The notes beneath the pieces were generated by a model, which worked only from the letters and a program-made list of their open reading frames with translations, searched no databases and was not told where the DNA came from. Positions 1-9,760 of a stretch of DNA of 64,000 nucleotides are shown here, in pieces; the first letter of the stretch is position 1, and the number at the start of each line of letters is the position of its first letter. Both the position numbers and the translations under genes were made by a program. The DNA is from an uncultured Hyphomonadaceae bacterium (GTDB lineage Bacteria; Pseudomonadota; Alphaproteobacteria; Caulobacterales; Hyphomonadaceae), in assembly GCA_964351655.1 (NCBI GenBank), contig CAYGPD010000007.1, positions 2,035 through 66,034 of the forward strand, in the 5' to 3' direction.

Positions 1-72
1 GCCGGAAAAACTGTCTTCGAACATCGCTGCAAAATCGTCGGTGCTCGGGTTCATCGAGTCTAAGTTAGACAT
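1..72 (-). CDS. rpsA: 30S ribosomal protein S1, N-terminal fragment (runs off window)
   Basis: Minus-strand ATG at 72 with GGAGTG at 76-81, open to the window edge. Translation MSNLDSMNPSTDDFAAMFEDSFSG resembles alphaproteobacterial S1 N-termini. Position after aroA-cmk fits the conserved order. Only 24 codons are visible. Confidence 0.6.
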   Translation of the reverse strand, partial: MSNLDSMNPSTDDFAAMFEDSFSG

Positions 73-277
73 CAACACTCCAAAATATATCGTCGTTACA
101 GGCCAGCCGGTTGTCCCGGCGGTCTCGCTACACCATGTAGCTTCAGCATTCTTTCTCCAATGGAGAAGCGGGCGGTATCCCGCTCCAGCCCTCATAAGTC
201 AAGGGTTTCACATCGAATTAGGCCAAATCAGGAAGAATCAGGCCCAGTTTTTAATGAATCAAGCTAAATTACACGCC

Positions 278-907
278 TTAGGCGAGAAAACCTTTCTCAG
301 CCACAAACGCGACAGCCGCATCAAACACAGCATCAGGCGTCATGTGCGTTGTATCTATGTGCAGCGCATCCTCTGCCGCTTTCATCGGGGCCACTTCCCG
401 CGTTTTATCTCTGATATCGCGCTCTTTCAGCTCAACCGTCATCTGCTCAATTGAAATTGGCTTGCCAGCCTTTTCCAATTCAAGACATCTACGACGCGCT
501 CTTTCTTCTACAGTCGCATCTACCCAAAATTTGACATCCGCCTCAGGACAAACAACCGTACCGATATCACGACCATCAAGCACAGCTCCGCCTTTTTGGT
601 TGGCAAAGTCACGTTGCAAGTTAAACAATGCAGTGCGCACAGCTGGCAATGCTGCCACCTTGGATGCGGCCTGTCCTGCCTGCGCTGTCCGCAGGTCAGC
701 ATCAGCATAAGCGGCCAGATTCAAATGTGCTGCAATATCCGCACATGCAGCTTCATCATCCAAAGCTACACCAGCCAAACTTGCCGCTAGGCCAGTCGCA
801 CGATAAAGCGCACCGGTATCCATATGCGGCAATCCAAAATGTACAGCGAGACGTTTCGCCAATGTGCCTTTACCAGACGCAAGCGTCCCATCAATCGCAA
901 TTATCAT
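278..907 (-). CDS. cmk: cytidylate kinase
   Basis: 209-aa ORF with P-loop IAIDGTLASGKGT and LPHMDTGALYRA, typical of Cmk. Starts 5 nt after the aroA stop. Confidence 0.95.
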   Translation of the reverse strand: MIIAIDGTLASGKGTLAKRLAVHFGLPHMDTGALYRATGLAASLAGVALDDEAACADIAAHLNLAAYADADLRTAQAGQAASKVAALPAVRTALFNLQRDFANQKGGAVLDGRDIGTVVCPEADVKFWVDATVEERARRRCLELEKAGKPISIEQMTVELKERDIRDKTREVAPMKAAEDALHIDTTHMTPDAVFDAAVAFVAEKGFLA

Positions 908-912
908 TTGCT

Positions 913-2229
913 TTAACCTTGCTCAATATCCGCACCCAGCGCCTGCATGTGCGCGAAAAAGTCAGGATAGCTTGTCGCAACTGCAGAAATATCATCCACC
1001 GTCACGGGAGCCTTGGCAGCACATCCCATTACCAATGCAGACATTGCTATACGGTGGTCATGACACGCGTTCACAACGCCGCCACCGGGTACGCCACCGC
1101 GTCCACACCCTCTAACAAGGAAACCATCAGGTCGCTCTTCAGCATGCACACCATTGGCTTTAAGCATATTCACAGTAGCAGTAATTCGGTCAGATTCTTT
1201 AACACGCAACTCTTCCGCACCTGTCACCAATGTATCGCCATCTGCAAAAGCTGCCAGCACACCAAATAATGGGAATTCATCAATCATCGCCGGCACAATC
1301 GCCATATCTGGTGATTTTGCGCTTAATCTAGATGGATTAGATGTGATCGTTGTAATCACCTCTCCACCAGACTCACCCGTCTTAGTCACCTCAAGGTCAG
1401 CACCCATTGCCTTGGCAGCATGCACAAGTCCATCACGTGTTGGGTTTTCCATCACATTCAGAACTGACACACTCCCCTCCTGCACAAGCAGCCCAGCCGC
1501 CCATAAGAATGTCGCAGAAGAAGGATCGCCCGGAATATCGACATTCGTCGCTACAAGTTTCTGCCCGCCTTCAAGTGAAACACGCGTGCCGCCATCTTTC
1601 TCTTCAACATCCACAGTCACACCAAAAGCGCGCAACATGCGCTCAGTGTGATCACGCGTTTTGCGTGGCTCATTCACAATTGTCGTGCCGGTCGCGCCAA
1701 GCCCCGCCAGCATGACACAAGATTTCACCTGCGCTGAAGCATGAGGAGGCGTATATTCAATCGCTTTTAAAGGTGCCCCCTCAAGCGTCAGTGGTAATTT
1801 CCCGCCATTTGATTCGTTCTTAGCCCCCATTTCAGTCAATGGATCCAATACCCGCCCCATTGGACGCGACCGCAAACTCACATCACCATCGAAAGTAGCT
1901 TTTAATTTTTGCCCTGCAACAAGCCCCATCATTAAGCGTGCGCCGGTTCCAGAGTTTCCCATATCGAGCGTAGCAGTTGGATTTTTTAATCCAGCCGCCC
2001 CAACGCCTGTCACCTTCCAACGCCGCAAGGATAAGCGCTCCACATGAGCCCCACAAGCTGCCATGGCTTTTGCCGTATCCTTGACATCTTCACCTTCAAG
2101 AAGCCCCTCAATCACACTCGTGCCTTCTGCCAACCCGGCAAACATTAATGCTCTATGTGAACAAGATTTGTCTCCTGGAGCACGCAAAGCGCCGTCAAGG
2201 CGAGCAATTGGTTTAGAAGTAGCGCGCAT
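913..2229 (-). CDS. aroA: 3-phosphoshikimate 1-carboxyvinyltransferase (EPSP synthase)
   Basis: 438-aa ORF with GDKSCSHRALMF, LDMGNSGTGARL and DHRIAMS motifs characteristic of AroA. Confidence 0.95.
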   Translation of the reverse strand: MRATSKPIARLDGALRAPGDKSCSHRALMFAGLAEGTSVIEGLLEGEDVKDTAKAMAACGAHVERLSLRRWKVTGVGAAGLKNPTATLDMGNSGTGARLMMGLVAGQKLKATFDGDVSLRSRPMGRVLDPLTEMGAKNESNGGKLPLTLEGAPLKAIEYTPPHASAQVKSCVMLAGLGATGTTIVNEPRKTRDHTERMLRAFGVTVDVEEKDGGTRVSLEGGQKLVATNVDIPGDPSSATFLWAAGLLVQEGSVSVLNVMENPTRDGLVHAAKAMGADLEVTKTGESGGEVITTITSNPSRLSAKSPDMAIVPAMIDEFPLFGVLAAFADGDTLVTGAEELRVKESDRITATVNMLKANGVHAEERPDGFLVRGCGRGGVPGGGVVNACHDHRIAMSALVMGCAAKAPVTVDDISAVATSYPDFFAHMQALGADIEQG

Positions 2230-2366
2230 AAAAGAATGCTCCTGTTGGTATTGTATTAATCACTGTCATATCAGAAAAGAATCTACTTAGATTGTCATCT
2301 AGCGCTTTACACCAGAGCGTTAACATGGCAACCGCCCGCAAACAAAGAATTTAGAGGGTTTCGAAA

Positions 2367-2891
2367 GTGTCAAAAGCAGATCTCGGTGAAAAGCAAACCT
2401 GTCCGGAATGCGAAGCCAAATTTTACGACCTAAAGAAAAGTCCAGCCATTTGTCCAAAATGCGGCCACACCTACGACCCAATTGCAGCAGCTACTACTAG
2501 CAAACGCCGCAAGGGGAAAGAGGCGGAAGACGCAGATGATGCAGATGACGACGATGATGACGACATTGAAGATAAGAAAAAGAAAAAAGCACGCTCGCCA
2601 GATGATGACGATGACGACGATGATGATGACGAAGACGATGATGACAGTCTCGACGTTCCAGAAATCGATGCAGATGACGACGACATCAATTTAGGCGACG
2701 ATGAAGAAGACGACACGCCTGGTGGCAAGTCACGCAAAGCTGAGCCAACTGTCGAAGATGAAATTGACGATGACGATGAAGCAGGCATGTCTATCGTCGA
2801 TGACGATGAAGATATCCCTGAGCTAGACGATGATGTTGATGTTGATCTCGACCTTGATGATGACGACAGCGACACATCAAACCTAACCTAA
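2367..2891 (+). CDS. FYDLN-acid (TIGR02300-like) zinc-ribbon protein with hyperacidic tail
   Basis: 174-aa ORF. N-terminal CPECEAKFYDLKK...CPKCG zinc ribbon followed by long D/E runs. Matches my recollection of the FYDLN_acid family of alphaproteobacteria. Confidence 0.8.
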   Translation: MSKADLGEKQTCPECEAKFYDLKKSPAICPKCGHTYDPIAAATTSKRRKGKEAEDADDADDDDDDDIEDKKKKKARSPDDDDDDDDDDEDDDDSLDVPEIDADDDDINLGDDEEDDTPGGKSRKAEPTVEDEIDDDDEAGMSIVDDDEDIPELDDDVDVDLDLDDDDSDTSNLT

Positions 2892-2915
2892 GTACTTCGT
2901 CTGTAAGAATGTAAG

Positions 2916-2953
2916 AGAAGCCCGCTTTTCAATAGAGAAGCGGGCTTCTTTAT
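2916..2953 (+). terminator. intrinsic terminator after the FYDLN-acid gene
   Basis: Arms agaagcccgc (2916-2925) and gcgggcttct (2940-2949), followed by tttat. Confidence 0.6.
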
Positions 2954-3081
2954 ATCCAATTTTATCCACGTTCCTAAATTCAAACTCTCAATGCTATAAA
3001 AAACACTTGATCCTGCTCCAAACGCAGTATAACAAACGGCCTTCCTACTGCTGAAGTTTACCAACATTCAGCTAGAAATAT

Positions 3082-3159
<78 letters not shown>

Positions 3160-3191
3160 ATTTCCACTCTCAAACAGAGCTCTTTGCGCGA

Positions 3192-3914
3192 TCACACAAA
3201 ACTGTGCCCGATTAGCCCAACAGCAAATCCCAATACCGCACCATAGGCAGGATAGTGACTATTTTCTAATTTCACCTCCGGCGCAATATCTTGAAAAACC
3301 AGATATAAAATACCCCCAGAACAGAACATCATCACCACCCCTAAAGCCGCACTGCTGTCTTCTAGCACTCGCACACCTAGCCATGCGGACACCATCCCCA
3401 GAAGCATTACAGACGCAAAGGTTAGGTACACATGCTTGGCCAGAGGGTTAGAACCACTACTCTTCATCTCACGATAAGCATTAAATCCTTCGGGAATATT
3501 TTGGACCATCATTATCACAGAAATGAACACAGCTTTTTTGTAATTTGAAGTAATAATTGCCCCTAAAACAATGGCTTCTGGAATATAATCCAATAGCAAA
3601 GCGATCAATTGAGCAATGGGGGTTTTCTTGCGCGCAAGATAAAGATCAAGCTGCATAAACACAAAAGCCCCAAGCAAGAAACTCACCATCGAAGCCCATG
3701 CAGGAAGCAACTCCGTCCCATCAGGCACCAACACTAAAGCGACTGCCGAAACCAGAGCCCCAGCGCCTACTGCAAGGATTCCATGACGAAATTCACCATT
3801 AATCCAATTACGCTTTATGAAACTCAACTGCCCTAGCGCGCCGCCAACGATACTCGCAAAGCCCGCAATTGCGACTAAAAACAAAGCGTCGTACAAAATA
3901 TTTGAAAAAATCAA
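3192..3914 (-). CDS. ZIP-family divalent metal transporter
   Basis: 240-aa polytopic membrane ORF. The QNIPEGF motif corresponds to the HNxPEG metal-site helix of ZIP/ZupT-like transporters. Confidence 0.8.
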   Translation of the reverse strand: MIFSNILYDALFLVAIAGFASIVGGALGQLSFIKRNWINGEFRHGILAVGAGALVSAVALVLVPDGTELLPAWASMVSFLLGAFVFMQLDLYLARKKTPIAQLIALLLDYIPEAIVLGAIITSNYKKAVFISVIMMVQNIPEGFNAYREMKSSGSNPLAKHVYLTFASVMLLGMVSAWLGVRVLEDSSAALGVVMMFCSGGILYLVFQDIAPEVKLENSHYPAYGAVLGFAVGLIGHSFV

Positions 3915-4175
3915 TCCCCACCAAAATCGCAGCGATATTTTCGCACGACTCCCTTAAATATGATCTCGATTTGAGCATACTGCAAATAAAACAAACTTCT
4001 CAATGTGCACCTTAGTTCCCACTAAGCCGCACATCATTCTTATCTAGAGCGCGCAATTCTCTCCCCATGAAGGGGTAGATCGAATAAAAAATATAGGTTT
4101 TAAACTTAAAACAGTCTTTTTTCAGCCTACTCCCCGTTTGCCCCTCTCGCTTTTCTCGAAAATCACCTTACTTGT

Positions 4176-5357
4176 GTGCCTATGCAACAACTCAAAAATA
4201 TTGACGCAGCTTCCACGCTTCGACGCCGCAGGATTACTCGCCCCGATAAACCGCTTCATTTAGATAGCGGCGAAACCCTTGCGCCGGTTGATATTGCTTT
4301 CGAAACGTGGGGCACACTCTCACCACAAAAAGACAATGTCATTGTCGTCTGCCACGCACTAACAGGAGACCAGTTTCCAGCTGGTCCCAACCCGATCACA
4401 GAGCGCCCCGCTTGGTGGCCCCGCATGATCGGTCCCGGGCTACCTGTTGATACCAATAGGTTTTATGTCATCGCCACAAATGTACTCGGTGGCTGTATGG
4501 GATCTACAGGGCCCGCCTCCCTTGCTTCAGACGGTCAACCATATGGACTTCGTTTCCCTTCTATAACCATTGCAGATATGGTTCGCGCTCAAATTGCGCT
4601 CCTCGATAGTCTAGGAATCGACAAAATTTTCTGCGTCATTGGTGGCTCTATGGGGGGTATGCAAGTTCTGGAATGGGCTTGTCAGGCTGGAGAACGTGTT
4701 CAGACCGCTATTCCAATCGCAACATCAGCACGCCAATCAGCACAGAATATCGGTTTCTATGAAGTTGGTCGTCAAGCTATAATGGCGGACCCAAACTGGT
4801 GCGATGGCGCATACCTCGCTCAAGGCACGCGTCCAGATAGAGGCTTAGGTGTCGCTCGCATGGCAGCTCATATCACCTATGTCTCGGAAAAAGCGTTGAA
4901 ACAAAAGTTCGATCGGCGCTTACAAAATCGAGACAAATTTACATTTGGATTTGATGCAGATTTTCAAATTGAGAGCTATCTAAGATACCAAGGTGCGACG
5001 TTTGTTGATCGATTTGATGCAAACTCTTACCTTTATATAACACGAGCGATGGACTATTTTGATCTCCTCGATGCAGAAAACAGACTATCAACAATTCATG
5101 CCCGTATATGCGTCTTTTCATTCTCTTCGGATTGGCATTACACTCCTGATGAATCCAAAGCACTTGTACGTGCACTAAACGCAGCTGACGTTGAAACATC
5201 TTACGTCTCGCTGGAAACGGATAAAGGCCATGATGCCTTTTTGCTTGAAGAACCCGAATTTGAAATTGCTATGGCAGGCTTTATTTCGTCGGCTGCGAAT
5301 ACACATGGCATTCCCCCTTCTCAAGACACAACCTCCCTGCGCGGACCTAAACCATGA
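4176..5357 (+). CDS. metX: homoserine O-acetyltransferase
   Basis: 393-aa ORF with VVCHALTGD and GGSMGGMQVLEW (nucleophile elbow), typical of MetX. GTG at 4176, alternative ATG at 4182. Overlaps metW by 4 nt (ATGA). Confidence 0.93.
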   Translation: MPMQQLKNIDAASTLRRRRITRPDKPLHLDSGETLAPVDIAFETWGTLSPQKDNVIVVCHALTGDQFPAGPNPITERPAWWPRMIGPGLPVDTNRFYVIATNVLGGCMGSTGPASLASDGQPYGLRFPSITIADMVRAQIALLDSLGIDKIFCVIGGSMGGMQVLEWACQAGERVQTAIPIATSARQSAQNIGFYEVGRQAIMADPNWCDGAYLAQGTRPDRGLGVARMAAHITYVSEKALKQKFDRRLQNRDKFTFGFDADFQIESYLRYQGATFVDRFDANSYLYITRAMDYFDLLDAENRLSTIHARICVFSFSSDWHYTPDESKALVRALNAADVETSYVSLETDKGHDAFLLEEPEFEIAMAGFISSAANTHGIPPSQDTTSLRGPKP

Positions 5358-5968
5358 GTATCAATACTGGGGCTCCCCGCTATCGCCGTGACGACCACCA
5401 AGCAATCGCACAATTTGTCCAAGCAGGAGAACGCGTTTTGGATGTTGGGTGCGGTGATGGCCAATTGCTGCAACTTCTAAGAGCTGAAAAGCAAGCAAGA
5501 TGCCAAGGGTTAGAGTACTCTCAGTCTGGCGTAAACCTTTGTGTTGCTAAGGGATTATCTGTTGTTCAAGGTGATGCAAATGTAGACCTTGCTGTATATC
5601 CCGACAAAGTTTTCGACTGCGCCATTCTTTCAAAAACAGTACAAGAGCTCGGCAACCCTGATTTAGTTATCAAGGAATTGTCGCGCATATCGAAACGAAT
5701 TGTGATTTCGTTTCGAAATTATGGATACTGGAAAACACGGCTAAGTCTTCTGACGTCAGGACGCATGCCCACTCCTGGCCGCATTTCGAATTGGTATGAA
5801 GATGGGGCCAGACGCCCTTGCACTTTACTTGATATGGTAGACCTTACACATACGCTCGGCCTAACAATTACAGATGCTTGTAGTCTACCAAACAATGGCT
5901 CAGAGCTGAACAATTTAAAATGGCTCAACTTACTCGCTAAAGAAGCGATCTTAGTTCTTGAAGAATGA
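5354..5968 (+). CDS. metW: methionine biosynthesis protein MetW
   Basis: 204-aa ORF translationally coupled to metX. Methyltransferase-like VLDVGCGDGQLL motif and the characteristic MetW C-terminal half. Confidence 0.9.
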   Translation: MSINTGAPRYRRDDHQAIAQFVQAGERVLDVGCGDGQLLQLLRAEKQARCQGLEYSQSGVNLCVAKGLSVVQGDANVDLAVYPDKVFDCAILSKTVQELGNPDLVIKELSRISKRIVISFRNYGYWKTRLSLLTSGRMPTPGRISNWYEDGARRPCTLLDMVDLTHTLGLTITDACSLPNNGSELNNLKWLNLLAKEAILVLEE

Positions 5969-6050
5969 ATAACTTATCTAAATAAGCAGCCTCCAAAGCG
6001 CCAGATACGTATAGCACCTGACGCTTCAGAGAGAGACTTCTCAGTTTAGC

Positions 6051-6395
6051 TTACCCAACTAGAGCCGCTGCATCGCGCTCACCGGTACGGATACGCAGAA
6101 CGCTCTCAAGATCAGATACGAAGATCTTACCGTCACCGATTTTGTTTGTATTTGCAGCTCCAGAAATAGCTTCAACAACCTTCTCAACAAGATCAGAAGA
6201 TGTAGCAATTTCAATCTTTACCTTTGGCAAAAGGCGTACTTCATATTCCGCACCACGGTATACTTCTGTCTTACCGTGTTGACGACCATATCCGCGCACC
6301 TCAGAAACAGTCACACCAGATGCACCCACCTCTGTGACCGCATCAAGAACGGCATCCAAACGACTTGGTTTAAAAACTGCAGTAATGAGTTTCAT
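6051..6395 (-). CDS. glnB: nitrogen regulatory protein P-II
   Basis: MKLITAVFKPSRLDAV... with T-loop YGRQHGKTEVYRGAEY (uridylylation Tyr present) and C-terminal IGDGKIFV. I prefer the ATG at 6395 over the ORF-track start at 6434. GlnB versus GlnK cannot be decided. Confidence 0.9.
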   Translation of the reverse strand: MKLITAVFKPSRLDAVLDAVTEVGASGVTVSEVRGYGRQHGKTEVYRGAEYEVRLLPKVKIEIATSSDLVEKVVEAISGAANTNKIGDGKIFVSDLESVLRIRTGERDAAALVG

Positions 6396-6466
6396 AACGT
6401 CTCTCCTTCTTAAAAAAATTGGGGCTCTGAGCATTTAATCTCTTCCTCCCATCTAAATTACTCAAC

Positions 6467-7246
6467 TCAAGCAACATGCGTCTCAACCTTACCATCTTCA
6501 TTGCTTTTTGAACGCAATGCGTCTGAATTTGCGACACTAACTGTTGAATGTTTTCTAGCGTGAGCACGCTCTACTTTGGGCTGCTTAGGGTCGATGTAAA
6601 GCTGCTTAATAGCCTCCACCATCAATACACCACCAAATCCAGACCAGGCAATTTCTCCTGTCTTTTCCCATGCTTCAGCTGCAGAAGTCACAAACTTCCA
6701 ACTGAGTGGTGGCGCATATAAAGCACGCGTCCATGCAGTCGGTTGAAACATAGCATTCTGAAGTAAACCATCGAGCTGCCGCTTAGTATAAGGGCGACCG
6801 TGGCCAAATGGTGTAGACTCCGCCTGCGACCACAGTCCGGAACGATTAGCAGCTACCATCAAGATACGTGCTTCTGGAGCTGCTACACGCCAAAGTTCGC
6901 GCATTAATCGATCAGGGTTATCTGCATCTTCCAAGCCATGAATGACCAGAATACGATCAAATACAGCATCCGCGAAAGGTAGACGGTCTTCTTCCACTAA
7001 GGTCGTTGAACTTTGCTCAGCAGAAGGCCAACAGACCGCCCCTTGTGCAGCAGGGGCGGCACTGATAGCGCGGCGGGTGTCTTGAGAATATGTATTGAGG
7101 AAATCTTGGCCATAGCCAAAGCTTAAAACATCAAGATCATCTGCGTGCGGCCATATTGCCTCGATGCGACGCAGAATCATATTATGCGCTGCCTTTCCAA
7201 GCGGCGTTCCATAAAATGCTTTCAAACGCCCAACTTCAACGCGCAA
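6467..7246 (-). CDS. class I SAM-dependent methyltransferase (gloB-adjacent family)
   Basis: 259-aa ORF (TTG start) with a DRILVIHGLE-type methyltransferase segment. Divergent from gloB, as in many alphaproteobacteria. Confidence 0.7.
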   Translation of the reverse strand: MRVEVGRLKAFYGTPLGKAAHNMILRRIEAIWPHADDLDVLSFGYGQDFLNTYSQDTRRAISAAPAAQGAVCWPSAEQSSTTLVEEDRLPFADAVFDRILVIHGLEDADNPDRLMRELWRVAAPEARILMVAANRSGLWSQAESTPFGHGRPYTKRQLDGLLQNAMFQPTAWTRALYAPPLSWKFVTSAAEAWEKTGEIAWSGFGGVLMVEAIKQLYIDPKQPKVERAHARKHSTVSVANSDALRSKSNEDGKVETHVA

Positions 7247-7323
7247 ACGCTTTGCCCTCCAAGAATAATTGCATACTATCTAACCTTATCTCACTCTGTT
7301 CACTGAATATAGGTACTCAAAAA

Positions 7324-8109
7324 ATGATAGATTCACCGTCAACTGCTCCAATTGTGTGCATGTTTGAGTGCTTAAGCGACAATTATGGGTACTTAATACA
7401 CCATCCTGCATCAAATCAGACCATTTGCATTGATTCTCCCGATGCTGATTTAATCCTTGCAAAAGCAGCCTCCCTAAACTGGACTATAACCCAGATTTGG
7501 AACACCCACTGGCATCCCGATCATGCGGGCGGAAACGCAAAAATTCAATCAGAAACTGGATGTCATATTTCAGGGCCCAACGAAGTTCATTCGCGCCTGC
7601 AAGCACCACTAAATACCACTCTCGCTGGCGGAGAAACACTGAAACTAGGAGAATTGGATGTGTTCGTTATAGCAACGCCTGGTCACACGCTTGAACATAT
7701 CAGCTACTACATTCCAGCCATATCATCTGTATTTGTAGGTGACACTCTATTTGCGCTTGGGTGTGGACGCATGTTTGAGGGAAATCCTGAGATGTTCTGG
7801 GATAGTCTTCAAAAGATACGCAATTTACCTGACAACACAAAAATCTACTGCGCACATGAATACACGTTGAGCAATCTGAAGTTTGCAGAATCTGTCGATC
7901 CAGAAAATCAACATCTAAAAACTTACAGCCAATCTATCCGCGCATTACGGCAACAAAATCACCCTACCATTCCGGCTCTTTTGGGTCAGGAAAAAGCATG
8001 CAATCCGTTTTTAAGGTCTGATAATCTTAACTTCCAAACTAAACTTGGAACTGCAAGTAACAGCGTTCAAACATTCGCATTATTGCGAAAAATGAAAGAC
8101 GACTTCTAA
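7324..8109 (+). CDS. gloB: hydroxyacylglutathione hydrolase (glyoxalase II)
   Basis: Metallo-beta-lactamase motif THWHPDHAGG, plus ATPGHTLEH and CAHEYT. I prefer the ATG at 7324 (MIDSPS...) because the ORF-track start at 7156 would overlap the divergent gene. Confidence 0.9.
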   Translation: MIDSPSTAPIVCMFECLSDNYGYLIHHPASNQTICIDSPDADLILAKAASLNWTITQIWNTHWHPDHAGGNAKIQSETGCHISGPNEVHSRLQAPLNTTLAGGETLKLGELDVFVIATPGHTLEHISYYIPAISSVFVGDTLFALGCGRMFEGNPEMFWDSLQKIRNLPDNTKIYCAHEYTLSNLKFAESVDPENQHLKTYSQSIRALRQQNHPTIPALLGQEKACNPFLRSDNLNFQTKLGTASNSVQTFALLRKMKDDF

Positions 8110-8119
8110 ACCATTAAGT

Positions 8120-8881
8120 TTAGCGCGATACAGCAAATGCACGCGCAATAGCTTCAGAAGATGGTCTACCTGCAAATCCATCAGCGGGCGCGACGGCAAT
8201 AAACAACTGACTGCCTTGAATAGAAAGACCAGCTTTATCACCCAAGCTCAATGAAATAGAATTCACCCCTGTTTCCTTGCGAGCCTGCGCTCGCTCAAGC
8301 CCTCGTGAGGCCACCTGAACAGCCTCTAATGACCAGTCAGCATAGTCTTCCAATTCAGCATTCACCGTAATCGATGGTGCTTGCCCTAAAATAACTGCCA
8401 ACTGCCCTGACACAATATCCAGTTCAGCCATAAAATCCTCAGGATGCGGCGGAGGTATAATTGCACTTGAACCTGCATCCAAAGACGTGGGAGCACCCTG
8501 CCTGTCTCCAAATGGAAACACAATCACATTGCCTAATTCAGTGACACGTAAAAAGAGCCGGCCTGTATCCGTACGATAAAACTGATCTCCACGCGGACCA
8601 TTACTCGTATTCAGAGCATAAACCTCACTATCATCTTCATATTGAAGCAAAGCATGCGGGCCAGTACGATCAAACAAAAACCGCTTACCAGATGAGGAAT
8701 CTAGATAAAACGCTGGCCGCGTACTTGGTGCCAATTGCGCATTCAGCATAGACACGAGGTCAGCATTTGGAGAGCGTTGTGGATTCACCGCCAAAGCAGG
8801 CGCGCTCCAGCCTGTTACCAGAGCAGTACTAACGACTAATATCCGAGAGATGTTTCGACGTGGTTGTTTCATGAGTCTCAT
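8120..8881 (-). CDS. secreted hypothetical protein
   Basis: 253-aa ORF with a signal peptide (ILVVSTALVTGWSAPALA). Coding-like composition. I cannot name a family with confidence. Confidence 0.6.
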   Translation of the reverse strand: MRLMKQPRRNISRILVVSTALVTGWSAPALAVNPQRSPNADLVSMLNAQLAPSTRPAFYLDSSSGKRFLFDRTGPHALLQYEDDSEVYALNTSNGPRGDQFYRTDTGRLFLRVTELGNVIVFPFGDRQGAPTSLDAGSSAIIPPPHPEDFMAELDIVSGQLAVILGQAPSITVNAELEDYADWSLEAVQVASRGLERAQARKETGVNSISLSLGDKAGLSIQGSQLFIAVAPADGFAGRPSSEAIARAFAVSR

Positions 8882-9034
8882 AAAGCCATTCGACTAGGGC
8901 AGATTTTAGGCAGAATTGCTATCAATTTAGAAAGAAGCAGATCAATTTGCCAAGACTGCTTCTCTCCAAATCAATAGTGACCCTAACTTATTAACCCTAA
9001 ATTTATATCGAAATTGACACCTTACGAATTAATA

Positions 9035-9760
9035 TTAAGACGAAATATATTGTCCGCCATTGGCTGATAACGTTGCTCCTGTCATGAAGGATGCCCCTTC
9101 CGACGCTAAAAAAGAAACACAAGAAGCTATTTCAGAAGCCTTCCCTAAACGCCCAACAGGAATGGATGATACAATCCCTTCCAACACCTTCTCAGGCACA
9201 GCGCTGACCATTTCCGTATCAATATAGCCTGGGCAAATTGTATTCACAGTGATGCCTTTGCGAGCTGTTTCCATGGCCAATGCTTTGGAAAAGCCGATTA
9301 ATCCCGCTTTAGCTGCTGCATAGTTGGTCTGCCCCATTTGCCCCTTTTGTCCATTTATGGATGAGATATTGATAATCCGCCCCCATCCCTTGTCACGCAT
9401 TCCATGTATAACGGCTTGGGAAAGGTTGAAGGCAGATGTAAGATCCACGCGGATCACATCGTCCCATTGCGCTCTACTCATTTTGTGCAGCATAGCATCT
9501 CGCGTAATGCCCGCATTGTTCACAAGCACATCAACCGCCCCAAGCTGATCTTCAATCGTTGCCACGCCAGCGTGACAAGCATCATAATCCCCCACATCAA
9601 ACTTAAAGACGCGAATACCAAGCTCCTTTGCACATGCGTTTGCAGCGTCTTCATTGCCGCAGTAATTAGCCGCAACCTTGTATCCGTCCTTCGATAGTTG
9701 TTCAGAAATTGCGCGCCCGATTCCGCGCGTTCCACCTGTCACCAATGCAACTTTTTCCAT
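9035..9760 (-). CDS. phaB: acetoacetyl-CoA reductase (SDR)
   Basis: 241-aa ORF with VALVTGGTRGIG, NNAGITRD and YAAAKAG (catalytic YxxxK). Strongly PhaB-like and divergent from phaR. Confidence 0.88.
   Translation of the reverse strand: MEKVALVTGGTRGIGRAISEQLSKDGYKVAANYCGNEDAANACAKELGIRVFKFDVGDYDACHAGVATIEDQLGAVDVLVNNAGITRDAMLHKMSRAQWDDVIRVDLTSAFNLSQAVIHGMRDKGWGRIINISSINGQKGQMGQTNYAAAKAGLIGFSKALAMETARKGITVNTICPGYIDTEMVSAVPEKVLEGIVSSIPVGRLGKASEIASCVSFLASEGASFMTGATLSANGGQYISS

Noticed and set aside
41-454. 137-aa plus-strand ORF spanning the cmk-rpsA spacer
   Set aside because: It overlaps the cmk 3' end and the rpsA start on the opposite strand, with no SD or family resemblance.
2471-2875. 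134-aa poly-Ser ORF on the minus strand
   Set aside because: It is a shadow of the GAT/GAC-rich acidic tail of the plus-strand FYDLN-acid gene and has no independent coding signal.
2962-2970. TTATCCACG, an 8/9 match to a DnaA box
   Set aside because: It is a single isolated box between a terminator and a tRNA gene. There is no cluster, AT-rich unwinding element or dnaA/hemE-type context, so it is not an origin.
3961-4020. Partial resemblance (CGAUUU...UACUGCAA...AAUGU) to my memory of the SAM-II riboswitch upstream of metX
   Set aside because: It lies about 160-215 nt from the metX start rather than enclosing the ribosome-binding site. The conserved AAAGCU-type 3' element is missing, and my recollection of the consensus is imperfect. 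A cmscan with SAM-II/SAM-V models would settle it.
7156-7323. N-terminal extension of gloB given by the ORF track
   Set aside because: It would overlap the divergent methyltransferase gene by about 90 nt. The glyoxalase II homology starts at the ATG at 7324.
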